A DNA stretch of 64,000 nt from contig OZ287703.1 in assembly GCA_965649825.1 (NCBI GenBank), positions 863,722 to 927,721 of the forward strand, given 5' to 3'. A program made the translations under genes and the position numbers. The notes beneath the pieces are model-generated. The model was not told where the DNA came from. It made no database searches and saw only the letters and a program-made list of their open reading frames with translations. This document shows, one piece after another, positions 49,593 through 63,310 of this stretch (its first letter is position 1; each line of letters begins with the position of its first letter). The stretch is from Penicillus capitatus (lineage: Eukaryota; Plantae; Chlorophyta).

Positions 49593-52500
49593 ATGAGCTC
49601 TCTCGTGCTGTGGCTTCTATGCGTCACATGGGGGATCTCGCCTGTCGATTTGTCTTCTCTTCCTCATCAGACAGACGGCGTCCGGATATCAGGTACCTGC
49701 CAAAGATAATCTAACCGATTGCAAGATTTTGTCGCCGAATCGCCTTTATTAGCTAACTGGTTACATAACGCCCGTTGCATACATTTCTCCCAGCTACCTA
49801 GACATTCTACAGTCCATGTCTGCATTTTTCTATCTTAGGTCGCAATTCCTCCCAAATAGAACGTGGCGAGATTCGCGTGTCGACGATCGAAGAACTGGAA
49901 GACGCACTTCAGACATTGCAGGAAAAACAAACCATCTCGTTAGCCGGAAGACAATTTCACTTGACCAAGAGTCTGTCGATAGACAAAGATGACGTGCGTC
50001 TTGTCGGCGTATCGCCCGAAACGACAGTTTTCGTTTGTCCACCAGAGAGCAACGCCTTCAACATCAAGTACCGTAGCTTCCAATGACGTACGTGTCAGCC
50101 GGTGACGGCTTCCATATAGTGCACGAAATGTCACTGTATCAGCACTGAGAATTGAAAATTGTCGACGGCAGGCGGCCGTCATTGTGATCAGCCATGATAG
50201 AGGGTCCGAAACAGAGACCGTCATTTTTGATCGAGTGTCCTTTCGCCGAAATCAGAACGACATCGATCCTTACCCAACGCTTGGAGGAGCGATCTACGCT
50301 ATGCCGTTGGCTCCTGTCGATTCCACATCTACCGGGACGGATCGAACCGTGAGGATCAGAGACTGTACGTTCGAAGACAATGCATCGGATTACGGAGGAG
50401 CGAATTACTGCGATGGCTGTGTTCTCGACATCATCCACTCCAGCTTCTCTGGTAATTACGCCACGACGAGCGGCGGGGCGATCTACATTGCCGAGAAAGA
50501 ATCGGCGCTGTCTGTTCAGGACTCCTCCTTTCAAAACAACGATGTCCTCGAACACAGTTACGGCAGAGAGGTTTTGCGAGAGGACGCTTCTCCGATCGAA
50601 CAAGATCCTTACTTCGCATTTTCGTCCACCATCAATGGCGGCGGTGCCATCTCGGCTGAATCTGTAGAAAACGTTACTGTATTGAACACGTCATTCTTCT
50701 CGAATCGTGCGCCGAGTGGCGGCGCTATCTCTCTCAGGCTGGATGCGGTGGATCTATACGGACGACACAACAAGATTTCTGTCGGCATTGAGAAATGCAT
50801 TTTCGAAGAGAATCAAGCCACAAGCGTCGAGGAAAGTGACTTCGATGATCCAGAGGATAACTTAGGAGGCGCCGTCTACTTCATCTCGAGCAGCACAAAT
50901 GTGGAGCAGTTTTATCTCGCGGAGTCTTTCTTCAAAAATAACTGTGGCCAGTATGGAGGCGGACTTCACGTCGTCGCAATGAAGTCAACGTATGTGACCA
51001 TCTCGGGATGTACTTTTGAACAGAATCGGGCAGTGAAAGCGGGAGGAGCTGCTCTTTTTCGAAACAACGGTCGAATCCGTCTCACGGACACGAAATGGAA
51101 GAGCAATGCAAGCGGCCTCGGCGGAGCCATTATGCTGACGAATGCTGCGAGACTGGACGCATATCCCCAGACCACTGCGATGAACCATATTCCCGAAAGA
51201 CGAAATATTTTTGTGGGAATATAGCACAGAATGGTGGTGGAATGGCCTGTGTTGGATGCCATGGCCTTTTGCTTAGGAATGTCGAATTTGTCCAGAATAA
51301 AGCAACGAAATCGGGAGGTGGTCTCTACGTACTGGACTCTGCTCAGGATTCGAACATCGAGCAGTCATCTTTCCAGAATAATGTCGCCACTTATGGAGGA
51401 GGTGTGGCGCTTCGGGCAACGGCAAACGTTCAATTCTCGGCGGCTCGACAAGGCTGGATGAATGTGTTTGCGAACAATACGGCGGTGTCAGGTGGAGGAT
51501 TGTTCGTGGAAGGAAACAGGCATAAAGAAAACACACTACAAGTATCTCTCTTCCCCTTACAGACATTGCACGGGCATCAATTGTGGTGATTTCAGTTGAA
51601 GAGCTGTCGTTTCGAAGGAAATCATGCCGTGGGTAGCAACGATCTCTTTACCCAAGCTGAGCTTGAGGACATGGTACTTCACAATATCCTAGAAGAGATC
51701 TCGTCCATGGCATTCCTTTAGAGTATGGAATTGCCAGACAACGGATCTGTGGTGGCCAGACGTCCGTCGAACGGTTGCGGCATCGGTGCTGGTGGGGGAG
51801 CATGCCTGATCTTCGATGATGTTCCTGAAGACGCCATGGCTGACGTTCAGATCTTCAACGCAGACTTCGTGGGCAACGATGCCTTGATCGGAGGTAAGGA
51901 AGGAAGATATGGTGGGATTTCTGTTCCTTCTGTCTGATACAGGTGGCATGTTCACAAGTGTCGCAGGGGAGTGGAACAGTGATGCAAGGATTGCCTGTCT
52001 GTCGAACGTACTTACCGCAAAACCCTGCAGAATTTACTACATGATGCAGACGACATTTGAACAGAATACAGCTGTTCTCGGGGCAGGAGGATTATTTGTC
52101 TCTGCGCCCGAAAAGATCATCGTCGGCTGCGGTGTGTCTCATACCGAACTGGAGAGAGCGATAACATCACGGGATGCTCGAAGTAAGGGGAGTCACGTGG
52201 AAGAGTGCTTTAAGTTTCGTAACAACACCGTGTTGGTACGTTCTCTCGTTTAGGAGATCCAGAGCAACAGATGTTGTGTACTCGTAGCATCACGGCGGAG
52301 AATACGGGCCAGACATTGGAAGCAGTGCCTACAGTCTCCTCGTAACGGATCCGGTGTCCGGAGAAATCTCGGAACACACTGGAGGCGACAGACTTCTCCC
52401 TTCTGGTTCGATTTCTTCCAACTACAGCGAAACTCAACGGACGGACGGAATTAAACTAGCGATCAAGGATGCCTTCAACCAGACAATAACCGAAGGGATT

Positions 52501-55500
52501 CCAGACGCAGGCAGAAAGGGACCATTCACGTTTCTGCTTTATGATCCATTGCTTTGTTTGTAGAAATGTCCGTGCTCGTGATCTCAGCAGATATTCTGGG
52601 CGAGCAGATATATCGTGCTTACAATGGGAGGGTGAATGTTAATAATACCAAAGGCGTTGGCATCGGCAAAGAATCGAGTATGACGTTTAAGATAAATCAT
52701 CCAGCTGGGAGGACATTGATCGCCGACCTGAATTTCACAACAAGGACGTGCCATCCAGGAGAGTTGGGAATGGATATTGCGTGCCTGCGTTGCCCGACAG
52801 ATCAGTACTCTTTTGATCCGTCTTCCACTTGTCGCGATTGTGATCCGTACGCACACTGCTCCGGAGGCGCATCGTTCGCGCCAGTGGATGGTTACTGGCA
52901 CTCGACTCCGTTTTCACCGCAGTTCCACAAATGCATCATCCACCAAGCATGTGCTTATGAAGGCCGGCACCAGACTCTGGCGGCTTACTATCAAGACTCA
53001 GACATCGTGGCCGGCAATCTGGAGGCGCTTGAAGCCTACGCGCGAGGAAAAGGAACGCAGCCTGTCTACGCAAACTACGAGCAGTGTGCTGATGGATATG
53101 TGGGCGTCCTTTGTGGGTCATGCGATAGAGGGTATGCGCATCTTGAAGGAGGGGAATGCGTCAAATGTCCCCAGAAGCGCTTCGAATCGGCGGCACGGGT
53201 GTTGTTTTCTCTCGCCCTGGCCTTCATGCTTTTTCTCTGTAATGTTTTCTCGGCACTCGATTCTGCCGTGGACCAGATCATGGCTTCGGAAATGATTGGT
53301 CAAAAAAACGGACGATCCCAAATGGACTCTTATCGAAATCTCCGACGGAGGCATTCGCACGACAATTCACTCACAAACGGAGAATTAGAACGCGATCGAT
53401 CATCCACACTCGCGTTGAAAAACAGTGCGATGCATTTCATAAGGCAATCTTGACTCCTTGCTTTTTCTCTTGTACAGTAATCTGCAGCTCAGTGGCTATG
53501 AAGACAGCTCGCAGCGCAAGAATAGAAAAAGAAAGCAAGCGTGCTAGCGAGAAGCTCAGAGAAACAATAAAGGTCACTGCTCGTGACTCTTCATTCTGCA
53601 TGAACTCAATGCTCATATGCTTCCTTAGATTTTGACAAACTACCTGCAGGTGTCCAGTGCAGCCTTGAGCATCAATGTACCGTGGTCATCATTCCTTGAG
53701 TCTTTTCTTTCGATTCAGGGTAACTTCGATCGCTGTACTGTACGCTGGGTACATGACATGTCTTTAGGTTTGATGGTATCCGATGGGAATTCCGTGTCCT
53801 CTGTGCCGATGGAGTGCATCTTTCAAGCGACAGAGAATGATTCCTGGGTCAGTCCAGGCACCAGTTCCATCATTGCTTTCTGGATCCGGATCATTCTCCC
53901 CGTTATCTTCGGGTTTCTCACATGTTCGTTCGTATTTGCTGTCCGTACAGCTATGAAGCGCAGACAGACCGCTGCTGCATCTGCTCAAGGAGTAACGGGA
54001 GACGAAGGATCGACTGCCGAATCATCATCACACGATCGATCACACGATAACAAGGAGTCAAAGATTCTCGACCTGATCATCACCGTCACTGTGATTGTTC
54101 TCTACTTTTCTTACATCGACGTCACCAGTGGATTCATGGGTGCGATCAACTGCACAAGAGTGGATGTCGGCAAGGATGCACAAACGCATGAGTATGGACG
54201 TTACGCACTGCAGACGGGATCAAGGGTCTGGCTGGTCGATACCCGTCTCGAGTGTTTTCATGGGCGCCATCTTTCGACCGGTGTAACTGGCATTGCAGGA
54301 ACGATCTGGTCTGTCCTTGACGGGGATTCGTCGGACTTCGGCGCGACGCGAACGCGCCAACGCGTGTGCAGAAACGGAGGAGCTGTAAGGAGTCAATGCA
54401 GAGACTGATTACATGGTGAGCCCAGTCAGATAAATACCCCTGGCCCACGCGGACTCCTGTCACGTCATGAAGCGGACAGTCTGTCCGGTCCGCGGGGCCA
54501 GAACCGTTCTCGCGTACCCGTCAGGACTCCCCAGCGGTTGACACAACGTCCACGCGCCAACCGCTCAATGGGAAGCGTACGACCAAACGCGGAAACAAAA
54601 CGTCGCGTCACCACAGACACTCAGAAAGAACGACGCAAAGAATGCACAGATGTAGAAAATCACGAACGTGACAAGACCGCTCCGCCGCGCATCACTGCCC
54701 CTGTCACATCATTATTCAGGGCATGGCAGCTCGGCTACGGCCCGCAGCTGCCGGCGCTGGCCGGAGGGCGACACGAAACAAAACGCCACAGAAACAGGCG
54801 CGAAGGAAAACCCAGGTGCGAGCGCACAACGGTCGGTCCGACGGGCCCACAGGGGGATGTCTACGGGCAGCAGCAGCGACGCCACAGCCTCATTGGGCTC
54901 GCGCTGCGCGCGCCACCCCGCCTGCTCAGCGAGGCCCCTCCGTGCCGTCGGCCGCGCACATCAGCTCAGGACGGTCATCATGCCGTCGGTCTTCGGTCGG
55001 CCGGCTTCGTGGAGAGCGTCGTCTCTCCGGCTGAGGTCTTCAGCAGCGTCTTCCTCTGGCCGCTGACGGGGTCGGAATCCCTGCGGTCGGGTACCCACTG
55101 ACGGCAGCACCTCGCTCCTCCACGTGTGGCATTGAGGGCGCCACTGCCCCGGAGGTCCACCAGTCTGACGGGGATTCGTCGGACTTCGGCGCGACGCGAA
55201 CGCGCCAACGCGTGTGCAGAAACGGAGGAGCTGTAAGGAGTCAATGCAGAGACTGATTACATGGTGAGCCCAGTCAGATAAATACCCCTGGCCCACGCGG
55301 ACTCCTGTCACGTCATGAAGCGGACAGTCTGTCCGGTCCGCGGGGCCAGAACCGTTCTCGCGTACCCGTCAGTCCTGCTGATCATTCTGATGATCTTCTG
55401 GATCTACAAGAATGAGAAAAAACTCAACGATTCAGCTTTTCTCTCCTGCTACGGTTTTGTCTACGAAGGTTACAGAACCGAGGGAGTAGCCAAGTACTGG

Positions 55501-56121
55501 GAGGCCATCATTACCATGCGAAAGTGGTGCCTCGCAGCCATCGTTTCATTCCTATCACCCATCGGGCCAACCGATCAGGCGGTCTTGATTATCGGAATGC
55601 TCACGATCGCCTTTGGACTGCAGTTGATCATTTCACCCTATAGGGTTTTCGACGATCTTCCGCAGATTTCGTCCGGCGGCGGATGGACATCTCAGATGAC
55701 GGGAGCTCGTGGGATGGGGAATCGCTGGTTTAGGTTTCTAGACCGCATTAGCCTGAACACCTTGGAAACGAGTTCCTTGTCGTGTTCGCTCTTTGTATTC
55801 TATTCTGCAATCTTTCTCAACGATCAAGAACTTCCGTCGTTGTGGAGGCACGTCGTTTCCTGGCTTGCTCTCACAACGAACGTCCTCTTCGTTCTTTGCA
55901 TTTTATGTCGTTGCTATAATGAATGCCAACGTGCCCTCGACAAGTACTTTGAACTGGTCGAGTCGCGTTTTGATCTTGGCATCGACGGGTTTCATTTTCC
56001 CAAGGGACATTCTCCGTTGCAGTTTGTTCTAAAAATATTTGCTTACTTTACGTTTGTCCTAAGTCAATGTGTACTTACCCACGAAAGAGAGGATCCGGCA
56101 ACATCTGAAGATAAACCATAA
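49593..56121 (+). pseudogene. Receptor-like gene: signal peptide, pectin-lyase-like/POMP (GGA..FxxN) beta-helix repeats, Cys-rich region, multi-TM domain; disrupted by a TRIM and a 1-nt frameshift
   Basis: Repeated FEDN..YGGA, FSGNYATTSGGAIY, FFSNRAPSGGAI, FKNNCGQYGGGL; CLRCPTDQYS..CRDC..CSGG..GYW, CADGYVGVLCGSC; TM segments with YGFVYEGY..YWEAIITMRK; frameshift at 51215-51217; LTR element at 54318-55371. Confidence 0.8.
54318..55371 (-). mobile_element. TRIM-like non-autonomous LTR retrotransposon (1054 bp)
   Basis: Identical 206-bp LTRs 54318-54523 and 55166-55371 with TGACGGG..CCCGTCA ends; 5-bp TSD GTCCT (54313-54317, 55372-55376); minus-strand PBS TGGTGGACCTCCGGGG; 642-bp GC-rich interior with no pol motifs. 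Confidence 0.95.
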
Positions 56122-56959
56122 ATCTCTGCCTCTGGTTTTATGCACTTCTTTGGTGCTGTGTAGGGTTCGATCCATCAGATGTGTTGTACACAGCGATATG
56201 GTTTTGTTACGACGGAATGTATGTTTCTTGTTCTGTTAATAAAGACAAGAGAAGTGCCTTCAACTCTTTGCCGAGTACAACGGATAAATTCAGCGATGTG
56301 TTACATTCTCGCAGTTCCACTTCCTTCGAGACCTTCTTCGTGGAGAGTGTCCGAATCCAGGAAGAGCGAGATAGCTCTGAACGTTGATGTCATTCTCGTT
56401 ATGACCGAATGATCACATACATGAAGTTGCCAGCCGTTGTGCTGGACAATCGCAGACTGCCGTAGCATCACAGCAACTCCACAGATGCCAGGTGAGGGTG
56501 TCATGTCTGCATGCATTGCCCCGTTCGGGTGATAACTTAAGTCATAGCGCGCGTGAAATTCAAAACGAAATCCCTTCGAGCAAACCCTTTTTCCATTTCG
56601 ACGTTTTTTAGAGTAAATTCCGACGGAATCTGAATGTATCTAGAAAAGTGCGTCCGTCAATGTCGAAGATCTCAAGGCGTCGCCTGATTGACAGACTCAA
56701 AACCTCAAACTTTCATGAGAGACAGACGGCACTCCAACGACTGCGCAAACGGCACAAACCACCGAAGATAAGCGTACGGCATTGAAGAAGCCGTTTTGTT
56801 CCGGCTCCACAAAAACCTCTGTGCTTCAAATGTTGTGGCCGTCGTCTCATTAGGGGCTTTGGCAATTTGTGATCAATTTGTCGTACCTCGTCCCAGTCAG
56901 CGGCATTTGGCATTGTTGCATAAGACAACGTAAACTGAAACGCGAGGCTCGTGGTCAGC

Positions 56960-59900
56960 ATGAGCACGAAGCATATGGTGTCATTGTGGACGAATCTTCG
57001 CCAATGTCTGTGGTCGTTGTACTGCAACGTAACATTTGCATCAGTCAGCAAGCTCATGGACGAAGGAGAGAAGCAGCAACTCGACTGCCGATCTGCCCGT
57101 GAATATCTCGCGCCGGAGGTGCATTCACGAAATCTCCTCCAGGAATTCGACGCCATTTACAACCCTCTGAAGGTTTCAGTCTCGCATTTTGACCTCTCGG
57201 AGTTGACATCAGCGATCGATTTCGATTCTAGGCGCGGCGGCAAACGGAAACATCGAATGACGTCTTGTGGGCTGTTCTACGCCAAGAACGTCCGAGAATC
57301 GTCCAGCTGTGGCTGTGGCTGAGCGTTGAGACCGTTATCCGGTAACGTCGGTTTCTCTAGGATCCGCACATCTAGTACCTGTGTTCTAGGTTGGGCACAC
57401 CCCTTGTGCTCAGAGAATTTCTCGTTTGGCTCGAGGACTACAAGGAGACAGATGTGGCGCTATCGGAAGGATGTCTATGGGGTGGACTTTTAGCTGCATC
57501 GCCTATTGCTTACATGCTTGTCCATCATCAGATGTTCTGGTAAGGTGCACAACCCAGGAATGGTCTGGCCTGAAGGGGAAGATGTGCATAGGGTCGGCGT
57601 CCTCTCTGGCTTCCGGATGAAAACGACATTGGCAGCTGCCCTGCATGCAAAACTCCTGAAACTGAACTCCTCCTCCGTTGCACGTATCACGACGGGTATG
57701 TCATGGCAACGAAACGTGGTGCTCTTCAGCTGCAATGTGAGATAGGTCATGTCGTCAATCTTATGAGCAATGACTTGAAGCGATGCGAGTTTGCCATTGC
57801 GTTTTCTCCCTATCTGTTTTTCGGTCCATTTGAAACAGTCTGTGTCCTGGTCATCGTTACTCTGTTCTTGGGGTTTGCACCGGCCATGGCTGGGATCAGT
57901 TGTTTCCTCCTCCTCGTTCCAATTCAGGTAACGGGCCCAGTTTCTGTTCAGTATTGAATGCGTACCTTGAATGTGTCGCAGTCCATGCTCTCGAAGTACA
58001 TTCGGACGTGCCGCCTGAAAACTGCAGCGGCAACGGATCAGAGAATCAGTCAGATAGGGGAGCTGATCTCAGGAAATCTGGCCGTCAAGATGTTGGGATG
58101 GGAAGACCCACTGATGCAGAATGTGCAAAAGATGCGGCACAAGGAGCAAAAGTTGTTTCTGATCAAGAGTTACATAAAGTCGTTTCATGCTACTGCTCCG
58201 GGAGTTACGCGTGCACTCGTCGTGGGTGCAACATTCATTACAGTAATGGATATCTCATTGAGTGGTTAGAGATTCACGTCTCTGTTTTGCTTTCAGTATC
58301 GATACACAAATGGAGAGCTTAATGCTCCAGATGTGTTTCTAGCTCTCAGTTTGCTGATGTTGCCGCGGCTTACGCTGGCGAATTTTTTTATCTTTGCAGT
58401 TGAATTGGGAAATGAAGGTTACGTCACTGCTCGAAGACTGGATGCATTCTTAAAGATTCCAGAGACAGAGACAACTAATGGAAAGAATACGTGTAGCGTT
58501 CCTGGTGACGTGAAGCTCGATCAAGGGAACTTTGGATGGTACGGACAGAAAGAGGAGACCAAAACAAAGTCTCGCAAAAATGTTATGATGCGAGCCCTCT
58601 CTAGAGCAAGCACTCAGTTCTCTTTCTTTCTGAATGTGACAGTAGATCATCTCTGTAGACAAAGAGTGGAAAAGTCAAGAAGAAAGCGGTGCCTGAGTTG
58701 AGACAAGCCTTGGCGGATGTGAATCTCTCAGTTAACCAGGGAGAGCTCGTCGGTGTTGCGGGAATGGTGGGCAGCGGAAAGAGCTCCCTACTTGCAGCGC
58801 TGCTGAATGACATGGAGAACCTCTCGGAAACACAAAGTAGGATACGCTTAACACGACTGCCACCGCAACAGTGTCTTAAGGTGCTCGGCTTCACGGCAGA
58901 GTGTCCTACTGTTCGCAGACGCCGTGGATCATGGCTGGGACTGTCCGGGAGAACATCACCTTCGGTCTGCCCTTCGACGAAGGCCTCTATCGACAAGTGG
59001 TCAACAGTTGTGCTCTGGAAGTCGACTTCGAGCAGTTCCCTGAGGGAGATGCCACTGAGCTCGGAGAAAGGGGCATCAACATCTCGGGTGCGAACCACCC
59101 ACTCCTCCAAACATTCCAGCAATCCAGTCTCTCTTGGTTTAGGTGGACAGAAAGCAAGAGTCGCATTGGCGAGGGCGGCTTACAGCCAGGCAGACATCCA
59201 CCTGCTCGACGATCCCCTCAGTGCTGTCGACCCACGAGTGGCCAGAATTCTATTCGACAGGTGACAGATCTCCTGTCGCATTCGATCTCCTGCACTCTTC
59301 ATCTCGTGCAACAGGTGCATCGGACCGGCTGGCCTCATGAAGAACTCGACAAGACTGCTTGTCACCCATCAGAGGCAGTTCCTTCCTCTCTGCGATTGCA
59401 TTGTTCTCATGAACGAAGGCAGAATCGAAATAGTGGGCACCTGGAAAGAAATCGAGAACGATCCCATATTGAAAGTGGTCGAACAGAACAAAGAGCACGA
59501 AGAGGTGATTCATCGATATCATAGTCTGCGCGCTTTCCAAAACGGATGCATTACAGGTAAGCTTAGATGCGGTTGGGGAAGCTGCGAACAGAGCAAAGAA
59601 GTGTTCGACGAATGAAGAAGGCAGTCACATCAAGTCTGACGCCGCGAACAAGGGCAATTCGAGCTCAACTCCTGGTAACTTCATGCTTTGTGCCTTCCTT
59701 TTTCTTGATCTGGTTTTTTAGAAGGTAAAGGACTTGTGAAAACGGAATCAAAAGAGATAGGCAGAGTGTCTTCTGGCGTATACTGGGATTACATCTGTCA
59801 CGTTGGCGTTCTGCCAATGACATTCGGTATCTTCATTCTGGCTGTTGCCGTCTGCTGCTACCTCTTGACTGAGTGGTGGGTTGCGCACTGGGCATCAACT

Positions 59901-61819
59901 GATGTGGATAACCAAGATGCCGATCACTGGATCTGGGTTCTCGTCGCATTCGCAGGAGCTGGCATCTGTGCACATATAACAAGCGTCCTTGCTCTTTTTA
60001 CCATGTTGCTATTGGGTTCGACACGACTACACCGACAAATGTTGAAGACTGTTATGCACTCCCCCCTGAAGTTCTTCCACACAAATCCAACCGGCAGAAT
60101 TCTCAACAGATTCTCCAAGGATATGGGCATGCAGGACGAAGATCTGCCGTGGATAATAGCTGAAGTTTCGACAGTAAGCACAGTCACAGATGCTCATCAT
60201 GTGAAAAATCACCGTTGCAGAATATCTTTGTGGTTCTGGGTACAGTCTGTTTGGTATGTGCTGCATTACCTTACATGCTTATTTTTCTCGTTGGAATTGT
60301 TTTTCTCTTCTGGCACTTTCAACAGCGCTATGTTGTGACGTCGCGAGAGATCAAGAGATTTGATGGGATTACACGATCGCCTGTCTATGCCACACTCTCC
60401 GAGGATATCAAAGGATTGGCAACAATAAGAGCATTCGAATGCCAAGACGAGTTTCAGGATCGTTTCATGAACTGTCTGGATCTGAACGGGTCATGGTGGA
60501 TGGTGTTCATGTTGACTTCTCGCTGGATCGGCTTCCGAATGGATGGCATTAGTGCTTTCGTCATGCTGTTTGTTGTCTCCTTGGCTATAATTCTTGCTAA
60601 ATCAGTAAGACCGATTTCTGGGTATATCTGAGTCATTCGAGTTTCTGCAGGTGTCTGCAGAGGTATTGGGTCTAGCATTGACATATGTCATCTCGTTGAG
60701 TGGAATGCTGCAATGGACTATGCGACAATTAGCAGAACTGGAGAATACCATGACATCTGTTGAAAGAAACATGGAGTACACACGACTCGAACAGGAACCT
60801 CCAAGGTAGACAGCCTTCGCTGTCTCAAGAGACGTTCATGTTTCGGTGACTAGAGCATCGGAGGGAGGCGGACAGGCGCCAGAGGAGTGGCCCACAGTGG
60901 GAAGCATCGAGTACCTCTCCATGACGGCGTCCTACAGACCTGGACTGGATCCCGTTCTGAAGAACCTCTCCTTCGTCATCCCTGGAGGCAGCTCGGTCGG
61001 CATCGTCGGCAGAACGGGCTCAGGAAAGTCCTCCCTGCTGCTGACTCTCTTCAGGTCTCCTGCTTGGACACCGCTTCGTTCTCTGCATTGAGAAGACTTC
61101 TGTGTGCAGGCTGATCGACGTGAACGAGGGAGAGATCAGGATCGACGGCGTGGACACGTCCAGCATCGGCATCGACGTCCTGAGGAAGCAGCTGGCGGTG
61201 ATCCCGCAGGACCCGGTGCTCTTCGGAGGTGAGGATCTCGGACATGTCTCTGCCGGCCACTGACTCAATGCGACGCAGGGACGCTGAGGTCGAACCTGGA
61301 TCCGTGGAGCGAGCACAGCGACGCCAGGGTATGGGACGTGCTGCAGAAGGTCTGCCTCGATGCAGCGGTCAGGGACATCGGCGGACTGGAGGCACTCATC
61401 TCGGAGAACGGAGGCAACCTGAGTGTCGGACAGCGCCAGCTTCTCTGTCTGGCCAGGTGGCCTCTCTTCGTCTGTTCGCCTTCTGTCCTCTCGCATCGCT
61501 GTTCGTCGACAGGGTTCTCCTCTCGGATGCCAAGATCGTGGCGCTGGACGAGGCCACAGCGAATGTGGACAGAGGCACCGACTCCTTGATACAGAACTCT
61601 CTGCACTCTCTCATCACAAACAACGACAAGACGCTCCTCATCATCGCCCACAGGATAGACACCGTCATGGACTGCGACCTGCTGCTCGTCTTGGAGAACG
61701 GAGAGCTGGTCGAGTTTGACGCCCCAAGCAGTTTGATGACAAAGGAAGGCGGAGTCTTCGCCGGAATGGTAGAAGCTGCTAAGAAAGCAACGAAGGTTAG
61801 ATCTGTGGAAAGCAACTGA
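56960..61819 (+). CDS. ABC transporter subfamily C (MRP4-like, no TMD0), copy 2, multi-exon
   Basis: [92 protein letters not shown]; colinear with 21760-26590. Confidence 0.95.
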
Positions 61820-63310
61820 AAGGTGTTATTCTATCTTTGGTACGGCAAACAACACACATTCTTGTTTTTCAAACAGTATTTTTCAATCTTTTCTGTGATA
61901 TTCACAGTTGAACAAAACTGCCTGTTTGGAATGTTTCATGACGTATGCTCGCAGTTTGACTGTCGGTTGTTGTTTTCTCGACCTTACTGAAAAACGGAAC
62001 CGAGTCGAACGAGGGTCGTTAAGCGTCGTAGCATAACGGTCCCTGATTCGTTAATTGCTGTAATGGACAGTAATAGAAGAGTATGTGTACAGACGATAGT
62101 CTTTGGATGTTTCAGCGCCTTCGTCTCTGCGTCGTTTTCGTCTGCATCCAAAACAATTTCGCTGTTGCAATTCCAACAGCAATGCGCTCTGTTTCAGAAG
62201 CTATAAATGGATTTTCTCAACGTCTCTTCTATCGAGGTGTAGACGAACCTTACACGCCATCGTCGCAGTTAGTTACGTTGCCTGTTCGAGGACCTAATCA
62301 ACAACTATCGAAATAGGCATCTAAATGCTCGTTAAGCTTACTTCGAAAGTAGTCGACGCCTTGTCTTTCGCCTAAACTGCATTTATCACAACAATTCGTG
62401 AAAGCATAAGATCGTATGAGTGAAAGCACTATATGCTCCACCGTACACTACTCTACAGAAGTGTATCTCCATAAAACTAACTCTATGTGGCCTCTGAAGT
62501 CGACTCGATGGAAGCACTACTAGCTGATGTCAATGACTATTGCGAGTACTCATTTCTCTGGATGCATTCGATCTCGATTGCAGTCCTTAGCTGTTGTCTT
62601 TAGAAGGTTCGATGAAAACTGGCCCCCTACGCGCCTGCTGTTTCGTGGCCACGAATAGAACTCTGCAAAACTGCGTCACTCTCAGGATTCTATGAATAAG
62701 ATGATCCATCATGCCATCTTCATCTATTCTGTCCTTTCTGTTGACAAATGTACAAACTCATGCAAAATCACTTCCATAAAAGCCACAAAATAAACCACCG
62801 AATGTCATTATATTTTTATCCTCCATCTACCCACACTTGCGATGTTGCGAATGATCTGTCATGGCGTACCGTAAGGTATTGCACGGTACTAATCTCTTCT
62901 CTTAGAATGCATTGTGATGATATAAACATAGTCTTGGAAGGCATGCACAAGTCTTGAAGTTATCGTCTTTATGTGCCGACTTCGTTTCACACGATTGGCT
63001 CCATGCGAATGACCTTGGCGTGGGTGTCGAGTTAAAAAGTACTGGGAGCATTTTTACGGAGAAGTCGTTTGTGTCAAACCGTCTCTCTTGTGAGTCAATA
63101 CATAGTCTGGACAAAAAAACTCTCGCCAACCCGACAAGTCCTTCCGGGCACGTTTTGTCAATTGCGTTTCTCATAGGTTAAGGTTCTTTAAGAGTGTTGA
63201 ACCTTACTAAAAGAATTCGTCGGATCTGGGCGAAGATACCGCCGCAACGGGATCAACGATTTTTTGAGGCTTCATACCAACGGACGTATCTGACAATGTG
63301 GTCCACGAAG

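Noticed and set aside
54524-55311. ORFs in and around the TRIM interior (54538-55101, 54668-55066, 54961-55311)
   Set aside because: GC-rich chance ORFs without gag/pol motifs; at most a ~56-codon relic.
61900-63300. Possible decayed transposase or foreign sequence downstream of ABCC copy 2
   Set aside because: Only short broken ORFs, no convincing motif or termini.
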